Notes under the pieces: model-generated | What the model saw: the letters and a program-made list of their open reading frames with translations, nothing else | Databases searched by the model: none | Told to the model about the DNA's origin: nothing | Made by a program: the position numbers and the translations under genes | Shown: piece by piece, positions 17,023-27,259 of the stretch | Position numbering within the stretch: the stretch's first letter is position 1 | How the letters are laid out: each line of letters begins with the position of its first letter | Source of the DNA: Candidatus Dormiibacterota bacterium | Lineage (GTDB): Bacteria > Verrucomicrobiota > Verrucomicrobiia > Chthoniobacterales > UBA10450 | NCBI GenBank assembly: GCA_035472675.1 | Contig: DATIOX010000232.1 | Span: 511-64,510, forward strand | Length of the DNA: 64,000 bases | Direction: 5' to 3'

Positions 17023-18813
17023 TCACAACACTTGGTCCCATTTGCTCTGGTCTTTGAGCATGATTTCGCGAAGGAGGCGAATGGGTGGCATACCGTGATT
17101 GAGCAGCTCGTTGTGGAATTTTTGCAGTGAGAAATCGTCGCCCTGCTGGGCTTTGTAATCGTCGCGCAACTTCAAAATCTGCAATTTGCCCAGGGTATAA
17201 TTGAGATAACCGGGATCGAAAGTGCCCCGCATCGCTTCCGAGCGCGCCGGTTTTTCCTCGTAATAACAATTCTCCTGAAAAAACTTGGTTGCCTCGTTGA
17301 GCGACATCTTTTGCGTGTGCATCTTGATCGACACACATAACCGGCAGAGACGGAGCAGCGCTTCGTCCGCCTGAGCCATGCGATATTTAGCCGCGCGTTT
17401 CACGTCGTCTTCGCTGGGGGTAGAGTTGGTGGAAGTGCCGTAGCCTTCGTCGAGCATCATTTTTTCGCAGTAATGCGCCCATCCTTCGACGAACGCGTAG
17501 CTGCCAAAGATTTTTTCAACCTTGCTCGCTGGCGATGCGTTCAGACATAGGAACTGAACATAATGACCAGGGTAAGCTTCGTGAATCGAGACGACATCAG
17601 AGGTGTAATAATTGAAGGCGGTGAGCCATTCTTCTTTTTGTTTTTCCGGCCAGTCGTTCTCCGTGGGCGTGACGTAGTAATACGCCTCGTTGGCGCGTTT
17701 CTCGAATGGACCGGGTGTGTCCATCGAGGCAAAAGACGTGGCTCGGAGATATTGCGGTGTCTCCTTCACCTTCGCTCGGACATCAGATGGGATGCTAACC
17801 AAACGACGGGTTAAGACGTATTTGCGAATTTTGTCCAGATCTTTGGCCACGTCGGGGATGAGATTTTGCGGTGTGGGATGTTCGCTTTGGATTTGCTTGA
17901 AAACTTCGATCGGCGCCTTGTTGGGATCGATTTTTTTTGCGGCTTCGGCGAACGCTTCCTGTTCCGCCTTTAATTGTGTCATTCCAATCTCGAGGATTTT
18001 TTGCGGAGCAAGATCGACGAGTTCGGTCTGCGCCAGGAAACGCCCGAATTTTTCTTCGCCCAAGGCGAAATCGAGCGAGGCTTTCGGAAGTTTCTCGCGC
18101 TCCAGCCATGCTGCATAATCGTTAAGTGCATTTGCCGCCTTGCGATTGGCCTCATGAAAGGCGACGCGAAGCTGTTCGTCCTTGAGGTTGCCGACGGCGG
18201 CAACGAGATCCTTCTTCAGGAAATCCGCGGAACCTTTTGCGATCTGGATGGCGAGTTCCACATAAGGTTTGGGAACGACTTCATTGAGGTTTGTCCTCCC
18301 CGCGATGAGGATATTTGGGATTTGAGATTCGATCGCGACCAAGCTGCGAACGCGATCCGAGAGCGGCGCGAAATTCCTTTTGACATAAACATTCACATCG
18401 GCAGCGCGCGCATAGACCATGGGATTCCGCTCGAATACCGACATGTCCTGCATTTCAAAGAGGTCCTTCTTAACTGTAGCCTGGAGAATTCGCAGATCGA
18501 TGGCTTGGCGGGGACTCAGTTTGCCCGGGTCGAACTTGCTCAGCCGATCGTCGAAGCGCCGTAGCCGCGAAACCTCGGCATCCAGCGCAAGGCGGCTGTA
18601 GTCATTGATTTTACCATCATATTCATGAAGCCCGAGAGCGGTCCCCTCCAAAGGGTGAGCGCCTAGATAACCTTTAATGTATTCCTCGGCGACGGCCTCA
18701 TACTCGCCGTCTTCCGCTTCCGCAGCGAAACCTCGAATGCCTTCAGGGAAGAGACAGAGCGCGGCGAGCAAAAGAATGAACGAGATAGCCTTGACGCGAG
18801 AGACTGGTTTCAT
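17023..18813 (-). CDS. DUF885 family protein (secreted, metallopeptidase-like)
   Basis: Signal peptide MKPVSRVKAISFILLLAALCLF. Contains the HEAYPGHYVQF motif typical of DUF885. It is a paralog of the gene at 27694..29361. Confidence 0.85.
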   Translation of the reverse strand: MKPVSRVKAISFILLLAALCLFPEGIRGFAAEAEDGEYEAVAEEYIKGYLGAHPLEGTALGLHEYDGKINDYSRLALDAEVSRLRRFDDRLSKFDPGKLSPRQAIDLRILQATVKKDLFEMQDMSVFERNPMVYARAADVNVYVKRNFAPLSDRVRSLVAIESQIPNILIAGRTNLNEVVPKPYVELAIQIAKGSADFLKKDLVAAVGNLKDEQLRVAFHEANRKAANALNDYAAWLEREKLPKASLDFALGEEKFGRFLAQTELVDLAPQKILEIGMTQLKAEQEAFAEAAKKIDPNKAPIEVFKQIQSEHPTPQNLIPDVAKDLDKIRKYVLTRRLVSIPSDVRAKVKETPQYLRATSFASMDTPGPFEKRANEAYYYVTPTENDWPEKQKEEWLTAFNYYTSDVVSIHEAYPGHYVQFLCLNASPASKVEKIFGSYAFVEGWAHYCEKMMLDEGYGTSTNSTPSEDDVKRAAKYRMAQADEALLRLCRLCVSIKMHTQKMSLNEATKFFQENCYYEEKPARSEAMRGTFDPGYLNYTLGKLQILKLRDDYKAQQGDDFSLQKFHNELLNHGMPPIRLLREIMLKDQSKWDQVL

Positions 18814-18908
18814 TGGCGACGGAACATTAAGACAACGGCTTGCGTTGGATGTTGCCAAAAATTCGCCGTGAGCGATGGTGAGCCTGTTTTTCGAGCTGGG
18901 GTCGAAGT

Positions 18909-20207
18909 ATGAGGCGCTTCATGATTTTGCCGTTGTTGGCTTGTCTCCTGCTGGGTCTTCTCCCAGCGCTGTTCGCGCAGGAAGAACAGCCGGGAAAGAG
19001 TGAAGAGGATAACGGCTACGCGCAAATTTCAATTTTCGCAAAAGCGCTCGAATTGATCCGGCAGGATTACGTGGATGAGAACAAGACTAGCTACCATGAT
19101 CTCATCAACGCGGCGATGAAGGGGATGCTTTCCTCGCTGGACCCACATAGCCAGTTCATGGATCCGGACGATTTTCGCGATATGCAGGACGACACGCGGA
19201 GTCGTTTCAATGGCCTCGGGATTGAGGTCTCGATGAAAAACGGCCTGCCTACAGTGATTACCGCGATGGAGGACACACCTGCGGCTAGGGCTGGAATTCT
19301 CTCCGGCGACCAGATCTTGCGCATCAACGGCATTTCAACCGAAAGAATGGATCTACAGGACGCTATCAATGTTTTGCGCGGACCTGCCGGAGCAAAACTT
19401 ACCCTTACGCTGCTGCGGCCTTCGACCAAAGAAATCAAGGAATACACACTGCAACGTGCCGAGATCAAAATCCAAAGTGTTAAGGGAGCGAGATTGCTCG
19501 ACCCGGAGCTGACCGGCCCATACAAGATCGGTTATGTTCGGTTGGTACAGTTCAACGAGCCGACCTCTGACGAACTAGCGAAAGCGCTCGATGAATTGCA
19601 GAAGCAAGGGATACAGGCGCTCGTTCTCGATCTACGGAACAATCCAGGTGGTCTGCTGAATAGCGCGGTCGATGTCTGCGCGCAGTTCCTGCCGCCCAAT
19701 ACGAAAGTCGTCTCAACGCAGGGCCGGGTTGCTTCGCAACAACATGATTATTCAACTTCCGGCGCGAAGAAGGAGCGCCCGAGTTTTCCAATGGTAGTGT
19801 TGATCAATGAAGGCAGCGCAAGCGGAGCCGAGATCGTTGCCGGAGCGCTGAAGGATTTGCATCGGGCCGTGCTTGTCGGTGAAACAACCTTTGGAAAAGG
19901 TTCCGTGCAGAATGTCATGCAATTGCCGGACGGCTCGGCGGTGCGTTTTACGACAGCAAAATACTACACGCCGAGCAAACAGGTGATTCAGGGCAATGGC
20001 GTGGAACCTAATATTCGTGTTGCCATGACTGCCGAGCAGGAGCGTTCTCTCTTTGCACTGCGAAATACGGGAAATATGAAACCCGAGGACGACAAAAGCA
20101 TCATCAAGGCGAGAGACCCGCAGATGCTGCGGGCAATCGACGCGCTCAAGGGCGTCATGATTTACGCGCAAGAGAACGCGCCGAAAGCACAAGCGGTAAA
20201 GAAATAG
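18909..20207 (+). CDS. S41 family C-terminal processing peptidase
   Basis: Has a PDZ segment, GLLNSAVD and the catalytic GSASGAEIVAGALKD..GETTFGKGSVQ. 432 aa with a signal peptide. Confidence 0.9.
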   Translation: MRRFMILPLLACLLLGLLPALFAQEEQPGKSEEDNGYAQISIFAKALELIRQDYVDENKTSYHDLINAAMKGMLSSLDPHSQFMDPDDFRDMQDDTRSRFNGLGIEVSMKNGLPTVITAMEDTPAARAGILSGDQILRINGISTERMDLQDAINVLRGPAGAKLTLTLLRPSTKEIKEYTLQRAEIKIQSVKGARLLDPELTGPYKIGYVRLVQFNEPTSDELAKALDELQKQGIQALVLDLRNNPGGLLNSAVDVCAQFLPPNTKVVSTQGRVASQQHDYSTSGAKKERPSFPMVVLINEGSASGAEIVAGALKDLHRAVLVGETTFGKGSVQNVMQLPDGSAVRFTTAKYYTPSKQVIQGNGVEPNIRVAMTAEQERSLFALRNTGNMKPEDDKSIIKARDPQMLRAIDALKGVMIYAQENAPKAQAVKK

Positions 20208-20281
20208 GCACGGTCGTTCCTTTGGGGTTTCGAGCGAAAATCTGGCTAGGAACCCGACTCGGCTAGGAATTGCTTTGGCTC

Positions 20282-20399
20282 AATGACGAATGTCGGATGA
20301 CGAAGGAATGACGAAGTTCCAAATGCGCGCACAGCTGATATTTTTCGTCATTCGGTATTCGAGCTTCATTCGTCATTTGTCATTCGGATTTCGTCATTT
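20282..20399. repeat. inverted repeat built from aatgacgaa / ttcgtcatt words
   Basis: The left arm 20282-20316 carries three (a/g)atgacgaa units. The right arm 20345-20399 carries four ttcgtcatt-like units. It lies between the co-directional S41 peptidase gene and tsaD. Confidence 0.6.
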
Positions 20400-20425
20400 G
20401 AGATTACGTCTCGACTGGGCTTGGC

Positions 20426-21439
20426 ATGACGGTATTGGCGCTTGAAACTTCCTGCGACGAAACCGGCGTCGCGATCTTGCGGCGACGCAACGGCGATTCA
20501 GCGTGGGACTTGCTTGCCAGCGAAGTGGCATCGCAAATCGCTGCGCATGAAAAATATGGTGGGATCGTGCCTGAGATCGCGTCGCGAAATCACCTTATCT
20601 ACGCACCGCGGCTGCTCGATCGCGCTGCAAGTTCAGCAAACATTGGTTTGTCGGAGATCGACGCATTTGCCGCAACCAGCGGACCTGGTCTTGCGAGCTC
20701 GCTGATGATCGGTGCATCGATTGCCAAAGGATTGGCGATCGGCTTTGGCAAACCCTATCTTGCTATCAATCATCTCGAAGGACATTTGCTCTCACCTTTT
20801 TTTGGAGGCGTTGAGAACAAAAACCAAATCCACCCAAATGTTTCGCTGATCGTGAGCGGCGGACACACGATGTTGATCTTCGTTCGTGCCCTCAGCGATT
20901 ATCAATTAATCGGCCGAACCGTCGATGATGCCGCCGGCGAAGCGTTCGATAAGGTCGCCAAGATGTTTGGGCTCGGTTATCCGGGCGGACCGGAGATCGA
21001 AAAACATGCTCGAAGCGGTGATCCCAAGCGTTTTGATTTGCCGCGCAGCATGCTCGATTCGGAGAATTTTAGTTTTAGCGGGTTGAAAACTGCCGTCCGC
21101 TATTTGCTGCCGAAGTTAAAGGGCGACTTTCTCGCCGATCTTTGCGCTTCCTTTCAGCAGGCGATTATCGACGTCCTGGTGCGCAAGACGATTTCAGCAG
21201 CGCGGAAATACCACGTCAATCTTGTGACGGTTAGCGGTGGGGTCAGTTGCAATCAGGAATTGCGAAGGCAATTGGGCCAGGCATGCCTGCACAGCGGATT
21301 TGAATTCAAAAATGCCGGGCCATGGCTGTGCACGGATAACGCGGCCATGATCGCGTTTGCCGGGTTATTGCGATTGGCCGCCGGATTTCAATCCCATGTA
21401 ACCGAGGAGATCGACCCAAATCTGGCGCTGGCGAAGTAG
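20426..21439 (+). CDS. tsaD: tRNA N6-adenosine threonylcarbamoyltransferase
   Basis: LALETSCDETGVAIL, INHLEGHLL, SGGHT and VSGGVSCN motifs. Confidence 0.95.
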   Translation: MTVLALETSCDETGVAILRRRNGDSAWDLLASEVASQIAAHEKYGGIVPEIASRNHLIYAPRLLDRAASSANIGLSEIDAFAATSGPGLASSLMIGASIAKGLAIGFGKPYLAINHLEGHLLSPFFGGVENKNQIHPNVSLIVSGGHTMLIFVRALSDYQLIGRTVDDAAGEAFDKVAKMFGLGYPGGPEIEKHARSGDPKRFDLPRSMLDSENFSFSGLKTAVRYLLPKLKGDFLADLCASFQQAIIDVLVRKTISAARKYHVNLVTVSGGVSCNQELRRQLGQACLHSGFEFKNAGPWLCTDNAAMIAFAGLLRLAAGFQSHVTEEIDPNLALAK

Positions 21440-21487
21440 GGCGCGAGCGCCGGGCGCGCCGCGGACGGCTCGGCGAGCCGCCCCTAC
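21436..21487. terminator. GC-rich compound hairpin gtagggcg...cgcccctac between convergent genes
   Basis: The outer arms resemble those of the 9499..9530 hairpin. The tsaD TAG stop lies inside the 5' arm. There is an inner ggctc-ggc-gagcc hairpin. Confidence 0.4.
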
Positions 21488-21490
21488 CAC

Positions 21491-22450
21491 TCAGTACTCG
21501 CGTTCGAGAAGATAATTTGCCAGCGCATGAAGCGCTTCAGCGTCGTCTTCCCCAAACACGGACAGAGCATCGTGCGCCCGGCGCGTGAGCCGTCTGGCTT
21601 CAGCGCGTGATTTCTCCAAGCCAATCACCGCAGGATAAGTCGCTTTTTTTGCCGCGACATCTTTGCCGGCGCTCTTGCCCAGTATCTCCGAGGTTTGCGT
21701 TACATCGAGGATATCGTCGATGACTTGGAAAGCGAGACCAAGCCGCTCCCCGAACTGTGTGATTGCGGAAAGTTTCCTGGCGTCTGCGTTGGCGCTCATT
21801 GCACCGAGGCGAATCGAGCTTTTCAACATGGCTGCGGTCTTGTTCTCGTGGATGAATCGCAACTGATCTCGCTTAACTCTCTTGCCTTCTGCCTCGAGAT
21901 CGGCCACTTGACCAGCTATCAGTTTTTGGCTCCCGGCCGCAACCGCGATTTCGCGCAATAAGATTGAAATATCGTAGCGTGGCGCCGGTTTCGCTTTCGA
22001 AACAATTTCAAACGCGATCGTCAATAGCGCGTCTCCCGCCAGTACGGCAATGCCGTCGCCAAAGACTTTGTGGCACGTGGGGCGGCCACGTCGGAAATCA
22101 TCGTTATCCATGCTGGGAAGGTCGTCATGCACCAGCGAGTACGTGTGGATACATTCGACGGCACAGGCCAGGGGAAGCGCGTTGTCGACGTTGCCGCGAC
22201 AGGCTTCAGCCGCGGCGAGACAAAGGATCGGCCGCAATCGCTTGCCTCCGGCAAAAAGACTGTACCGCATGGCCTTGTGGAGCGTGACAGGTTTCGTGCT
22301 CGTTTTCGGCAGATACCGATCAAGCGCACGGTCGATCACTTTTTGCCGGGTCCGAAGATACTTTTTGAGATTCACGGGACGGAAGCGGATGCTGAATGCT
22401 CGATTCTCCTTACTGGATAACGCAATCCCGCGCGGAGTGTCCAGTATCAA
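21491..22450 (-). CDS. polyprenyl (farnesyl/geranylgeranyl) diphosphate synthase
   Basis: LVHDDLPSMDNDDFRRGRPT (FARM) and FQVIDDILD (SARM) motifs. The longest ORF starts at TTG 22450. GTG 22375 (VNLKKYL...) would give the usual length. Confidence 0.88.
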   Translation of the reverse strand: MILDTPRGIALSSKENRAFSIRFRPVNLKKYLRTRQKVIDRALDRYLPKTSTKPVTLHKAMRYSLFAGGKRLRPILCLAAAEACRGNVDNALPLACAVECIHTYSLVHDDLPSMDNDDFRRGRPTCHKVFGDGIAVLAGDALLTIAFEIVSKAKPAPRYDISILLREIAVAAGSQKLIAGQVADLEAEGKRVKRDQLRFIHENKTAAMLKSSIRLGAMSANADARKLSAITQFGERLGLAFQVIDDILDVTQTSEILGKSAGKDVAAKKATYPAVIGLEKSRAEARRLTRRAHDALSVFGEDDAEALHALANYLLEREY

Positions 22451-22536
22451 GCATTCCGAAATGTTAAAACGCCGGGAATGACATCGTTGTTAACGTCGCA
22501 CTGGGCGTCATCCTTTCTGCTAACGCTTAACTTTGG

Positions 22537-23514
22537 TCAGATGTTCTCTGCCGTTTCAGTAGTGGCGATCGGTTTCACGCGCATTGCGAGAAATGCGCCC
22601 AGAAGCAGAATCGCCGCGCTCCAGAGTTGCGCATGGGTGAGGCGTTCGTGAAAAATCCAGGCGGAGAGTCCCATGGCGCCGGCGGGAGATAGAAGCTGGA
22701 GGGTTTGGGCGAGCGCGACTCCGATTTGGTGGATTGCCACATAATACAAAACGTGGGCGAGCGTGATACAGGTCACGGCCGAAATGACCAGAATCACGTT
22801 CACGTCCGCGCCCGCGTGAAGAGGCGTATCGATTTTGCCAAACACGAGGGTGAGCGGAAGAAGCAGCGCGGAAGTGATGAAGCTGACCAAACCAAAACTG
22901 CGGATCGACCCTAGCTGAGCCGATGGGCGCTTAATCAAAACACCGTAGAGCGCCCAACAAAATGAGGCGGCAAAAGCAATGAGTAATCCAGGCAACGCGA
23001 TATGTCGCTCCTGTGATTGGACGTTGGGCTGGAACCAGATCACGCCGAAGGCGCCGATTAAACCAAGCATAGTGCCGGCTTGAAATTTCCATTGCCGAAT
23101 GACGATGCGTTCTTCTGGAAAAAATGCAAGCGCGAGCAGTGCGGTAAAAATGACCGAAGAGCGAATGAAAATCGTATAGACACCGGGGCCCATGTAGAAG
23201 AGAGCCATCACTTGCGTCACTTGATGGACGACGTTCGGCAGACAGGGTAGAAGACAAAGCCCAACGGCGCGCAGGTCGATCCCCGGCCCGCCTCGGTGGA
23301 CCCGATAAAACACGAGCGGTGCAATGGCGAGACAGGCGACAAAATAACGATAAAAATTCTGTGCCCACGGATCGTAATAGCGATTCAAATAATACATGAA
23401 TAACGATGGCGTGGACCAAATAAGGACGGTGGCAAAGACAGCAGCGTAGCCTTCAGACAGGCTGGTGCGACGTTGTCGATCGACGAATCTTGCAATCGAA
23501 TTTGTTTGGTTCAT
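22537..23514 (-). CDS. DMT (EamA-like) family transporter
   Basis: 325 aa with about 10 TM helices in two EamA-like halves. Confidence 0.8.
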   Translation of the reverse strand: MNQTNSIARFVDRQRRTSLSEGYAAVFATVLIWSTPSLFMYYLNRYYDPWAQNFYRYFVACLAIAPLVFYRVHRGGPGIDLRAVGLCLLPCLPNVVHQVTQVMALFYMGPGVYTIFIRSSVIFTALLALAFFPEERIVIRQWKFQAGTMLGLIGAFGVIWFQPNVQSQERHIALPGLLIAFAASFCWALYGVLIKRPSAQLGSIRSFGLVSFITSALLLPLTLVFGKIDTPLHAGADVNVILVISAVTCITLAHVLYYVAIHQIGVALAQTLQLLSPAGAMGLSAWIFHERLTHAQLWSAAILLLGAFLAMRVKPIATTETAENI

Positions 23515-23583
23515 TTAGGCGGTCCGCACGTTAATTTGCTCGCCTACAAGCATAAATCGCTCAACAGTTAGGCTAAAAGGAGA

Positions 23584-24522
23584 ATGAATATCTTGAACAA
23601 GCGAACAATTATCATTGCAACCGCGTCACTTCTCTGTTTTGCAGGCAGTCACGTGTGCCTGGCCAAACCAGCCAAACCAGCAGCGGGGGCCGCGAGCCAC
23701 ATGCAGCGAGGGATCGAGCTCGCTGAGCAAAAAAATTTCGACGCTGCCGTTGCCGAATTTACAAAGGTGATTGAAACGAATCCGAAAGATCCGCGCGGCT
23801 ACACTAACCGAGGCACGGCGTATCGTGCCAGCAATCCCCCCCGTCTGCCCGACGCGTACGCTGATTTTTCAAAGGCGATCGAAGTCGCTCCAAAGGATGA
23901 AGTCGCCTATCGCGAGCGCGGCATGACTGCTGTAATGCAAAATCAGTTCGATGCAGCGCTGCAAGATTTCGATAAGGCAATCGAACTCAAGCCAGATGAC
24001 GCCTTCGCGTACAAATTTCGCGGTTTTGCTGAGATCGGTCTCAACCAATGGGACAAAGCGGTCGCTGACTTCACAACCGCAATCCAGAAACAACCAGATG
24101 ACCCACAAAATTATGACCGCCGCGCCTGGGCAAACCGGAACCTGAAGAACTACGACGCGGCCGTAGGGGACTACACATTGTTGATCGAGAAGGACCCAAA
24201 CGATGCCGAGCACTTGGTGAAGCGAGGCGCGACTTACACTTCCTTGCAGCAGTATGAGAAGGCCGTCGCCGATTACCAGGCGGCGTTAAAGCTAAAACCG
24301 GACGACTATGACACCGTTCAGCGTTTACAATACGTGCAGGGAATGCTCGTAGCGAAAAACGCACCGCCCCCTCCTTCCGCTACTCCCACTCCCACGCCCA
24401 GCCCGAGTTTGATCACGCCGCTCAATGTTGGGATCGCAATCGCAGTTCTCATTATCATCGCTATCATCGGGCGATTGCTTACGCGAGGAAAAGCCCAAGA
24501 GACCAGCAGCAGAATCCGGTGA
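23584..24522 (+). CDS. tetratricopeptide repeat protein with C-terminal membrane anchor
   Basis: Signal peptide, about 7 consecutive 34-aa TPR units (A..F..AI...P.D...Y..RG), a Pro-rich linker and a TM helix. Confidence 0.85.
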   Translation: MNILNKRTIIIATASLLCFAGSHVCLAKPAKPAAGAASHMQRGIELAEQKNFDAAVAEFTKVIETNPKDPRGYTNRGTAYRASNPPRLPDAYADFSKAIEVAPKDEVAYRERGMTAVMQNQFDAALQDFDKAIELKPDDAFAYKFRGFAEIGLNQWDKAVADFTTAIQKQPDDPQNYDRRAWANRNLKNYDAAVGDYTLLIEKDPNDAEHLVKRGATYTSLQQYEKAVADYQAALKLKPDDYDTVQRLQYVQGMLVAKNAPPPPSATPTPTPSPSLITPLNVGIAIAVLIIIAIIGRLLTRGKAQETSSRIR

Positions 24523-24818
24523 GTTTTCGGACGCCCTAGTGTCCGCTGCCAGCTGAGCTGTTGTTGCGGGTATTGGCTGGATGCGCTGAGCACAGCGCAC
24601 TCTACAGCCCATGCGAAATGCGCCGTTCCCAACAAGAAATTTCTTTGACACGACAATGAGCGCGGTTAGCTTGCGGACGCTTTTTGCTGGAACGAGGCGG
24701 TCCCATGGTCGTTCAAATTGCAAATTTGACGCGGCTTTGGGACTTTTGAATCTCTGGCAGGAGGCGAAACCGGTTTGCCGCTCGGGTTGCCGCGGAGGCG
24801 CTGGGCTGGCGAAGAACA

Positions 24819-24891
<73 letters not shown>

Positions 24892-24964
24892 CTAGAGCAG
24901 CCTCAGGACCGACAGCAGACAATTACAGAAAAATAAGACAGTTTAGTTAACCAGGAGAATTGAA

Positions 24965-26149
24965 ATGGCTAAGGAAGCATTTAAACGCGACAAGCCGCAC
25001 GTGAACGTCGGCACCATCGGTCACGTGGACCACGGCAAAACAACCCTGACGGCAGCGATTACTATGGTGCTGTCGAAGAAGGGCATGGCCGAGGTACGCG
25101 CATACGAGTCGATCGACAACGCTCCGGAAGAAAAAGAGCGTGGCATTACAATTAACACGGCCCACGTGGAGTACTCGAGCGACAAACGTCACTACGCACA
25201 CGTCGATTGCCCCGGCCACGCCGATTACGTCAAGAACATGATCACAGGCGCGGCGCAAATGGATGGCGCCATCCTGGTTGTCTCGGCAGCGGATGGACCC
25301 ATGCCGCAAACGCGCGAACATATCCTGCTGGCGCGTCAGGTTGGTGTACCCTCGATTGTCGTGTTCCTGAACAAGGTCGATATGGTCGATGATCCGGAGC
25401 TTCTCGATCTCGTAGAGATGGAAGTGCGCGATCTCCTGACGCAGTACGAATTTCCGGGAGATAAAATCCCGATTGTTAAAGGCAGCGCCCTCAAGGCGCT
25501 TAATGGAGACGCCGACGCCGAAAAACAAGTGCTCGCCCTCGTCGAGGCCATTGACGATTACATCCCGGTCCCCGAGCGGCCGGTCGATCAGCCGTTCCTA
25601 ATGCCTATCGAGGACGTATTCAACATTGAAGGCCGCGGCACTGTCGCGACGGGGCGTGTGGAGCGCGGTATTCTCAAGAAAATGGGGGAAGTCGAGCTAG
25701 TGGGGATTCGTCCTACCGCAAAGACGGTTGCGACCGACATCGAAATGTTCCGCAAACTTCTCGATGAAGCGCGCGCGGGTGATAACGTCGGCGTTCTCTT
25801 GCGCGGCTTAAAGAAGGAAGAAGTCGAGCGTGGCCAAGTGATTTCGAAGCCTGGTTCGATTACGCCCCATAAGAAATTCAAGGCGGAAGTCTATGTGCTG
25901 AGTAAAGAGGAAGGCGGACGTCACACCCCATTCTTCACCAATTACCGGCCGCAGTTTTACTTCCGTACTACGGACGTGACTGGCACCGTTAAGTTGCCTG
26001 AAGGCGTAGAAATGGTCATGCCCGGCGACAACATCTCAATCGAAGTCGAGCTGATCACGCCAATCGCGATGGAAAAAACGATTCGCTTCGCCATTCGTGA
26101 AGGCGGCAAGACGGTCGGCGCCGGTCGCGTGAGCGATATTCTGGATTAA
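24965..26149 (+). CDS. tuf: elongation factor Tu
   Basis: 394 aa with [17 protein letters not shown] and NKVD motifs. Confidence 0.98.
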   Translation: MAKEAFKRDKPHVNVGTIGHVDHGKTTLTAAITMVLSKKGMAEVRAYESIDNAPEEKERGITINTAHVEYSSDKRHYAHVDCPGHADYVKNMITGAAQMDGAILVVSAADGPMPQTREHILLARQVGVPSIVVFLNKVDMVDDPELLDLVEMEVRDLLTQYEFPGDKIPIVKGSALKALNGDADAEKQVLALVEAIDDYIPVPERPVDQPFLMPIEDVFNIEGRGTVATGRVERGILKKMGEVELVGIRPTAKTVATDIEMFRKLLDEARAGDNVGVLLRGLKKEEVERGQVISKPGSITPHKKFKAEVYVLSKEEGGRHTPFFTNYRPQFYFRTTDVTGTVKLPEGVEMVMPGDNISIEVELITPIAMEKTIRFAIREGGKTVGAGRVSDILD

Positions 26150-26152
26150 AAT

Positions 26153-26233
26153 TCTTCCTCTAGCTGTCACTCTGCTTTTTTGAGTGGATGACGAAGGAAG
26201 AGGAGATTAAGAGGAAGCGGAAGAGGAAGATTA
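26153..26233. repeat. pyrimidine/purine word hairpin (cttcctct versus 3x aagaggaag)
   Basis: ttcttcctct at 26153-26162 faces tandem gaagaggag / aagaggaag / aagaggaag words at 26196-26230. It lies between tuf and tRNA-Trp. Confidence 0.4.
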
Positions 26234-26236
26234 AGA

Positions 26237-26309
26237 ACGCCAGTAGCTCAATTGGTAGAGTAGCGGTCTCCAAAACCGTCGGTTGGGGGTTCGAGTCCCT
26301 CCTGGCGTG
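26237..26309 (+). tRNA. tRNA-Trp (anticodon CCA)
   Basis: Acceptor acgccag/ctggcgt, anticodon arm gcggt-ctCCAaa-accgt, T loop ttcgagt. This is the classical position between tuf and secE. Confidence 0.88.
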
Positions 26310-26422
26310 GTTAAACAGACTGCGAATGCCTAACGTTTCAATATCGAACTCTGAATTCGAAACGACAGCAGATCTGTAAGTTGGACGTTGAGCGTTGGAT
26401 GTTGGATGTTGTTTTGATTTAG

Positions 26423-26641
26423 ATGATCACGAAAGTTAAAAACTTCTTCAGCGAAGTGAAGGTCGAGCTGCAGAAATGCTCCTGGCCTTGGGACCCGAAA
26501 GAGAAAGGATTCCGCCGGTACAAGGAACTGAGTGACTCGACTGTTGTGGTCGTTATCGCAATGTTATTGCTCGGTGGATATGTCGCGCTTTTCGATCTCG
26601 TTTTGGTGAACGTCGTCCACTTTTTCACGCGGTTGCACTGA
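26423..26641 (+). CDS. secE: preprotein translocase subunit SecE
   Basis: 72 aa with FFSEVKVELQKCSWP and a single C-terminal TM helix. It lies immediately upstream of nusG. Confidence 0.85.
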   Translation: MITKVKNFFSEVKVELQKCSWPWDPKEKGFRRYKELSDSTVVVVIAMLLLGGYVALFDLVLVNVVHFFTRLH

Positions 26642-26643
26642 TT

Positions 26644-27213
26644 ATGGCACAAACGCTCGCAGGGAAAGATCAATGGTTCGTCGTGCATGTGCTTTCCGGT
26701 CAGGAAAACAAAGTGCGCGAGAATATCTTGAAGCGCGTCAAAACGGAAGAAATGGGCGATCTAATTTACGAAGTGCTCGTCCCGACTGAGCGCGTCTCGG
26801 AAATCAAGAAAGGGAAGAAGAGCGAGACGACCCGGAAATTTTTTCCCGGTTATCTGATTGTTAACATGCATTTGCTCGACGAGAACAATCAGCTGGTCGG
26901 GCGCACCTGGTATTTCATCCGCGACACACCCGGCGTGATTGGGTTTGCCGGCACTAAGGACAAACCGATCCCGATGCGACAATCAGAGGTGGACAGCATG
27001 CTCGCGCAAATGAAAGAGCGCGAAGAAAAGGTGAAACCGAAAGTCAGCTTCGAAGTCGGCGAATCGGTGAAGGTCGCTGACGGCCCGTTCCAAAACCAGA
27101 CCGGAATCGTCGAAGAGATCGATCCCGAACGCGGCAAACTTCGCGTCTCCGTCACCATTTTCGGTCGCGCAACTCCGGTGGAATTGGAATACTGGCAGGT
27201 GGAACGTGGTTAA
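26644..27213 (+). CDS. nusG: transcription termination/antitermination protein NusG
   Basis: WFVVHVLSGQENKV NGN domain, FPGYLIV, and a C-terminal KOW (GESVKVADGPFQNQTGIVEEID). Confidence 0.95.
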   Translation: MAQTLAGKDQWFVVHVLSGQENKVRENILKRVKTEEMGDLIYEVLVPTERVSEIKKGKKSETTRKFFPGYLIVNMHLLDENNQLVGRTWYFIRDTPGVIGFAGTKDKPIPMRQSEVDSMLAQMKEREEKVKPKVSFEVGESVKVADGPFQNQTGIVEEIDPERGKLRVSVTIFGRATPVELEYWQVERG

Positions 27214-27259
27214 GATAGACAGCTATCAATAATCAACTCTCAACTAACAACTTTTCGAA

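Noticed and set aside
26153-26415. I asked whether the word arrays here, and those at 20282-20399 and 46236-46311, could be a CRISPR array or another regularly spaced repeat.
   Set aside because: The units are 5-9 nt, directly tandem or in inverted arms, and have no unique spacers of constant length. There are no cas genes in the window.
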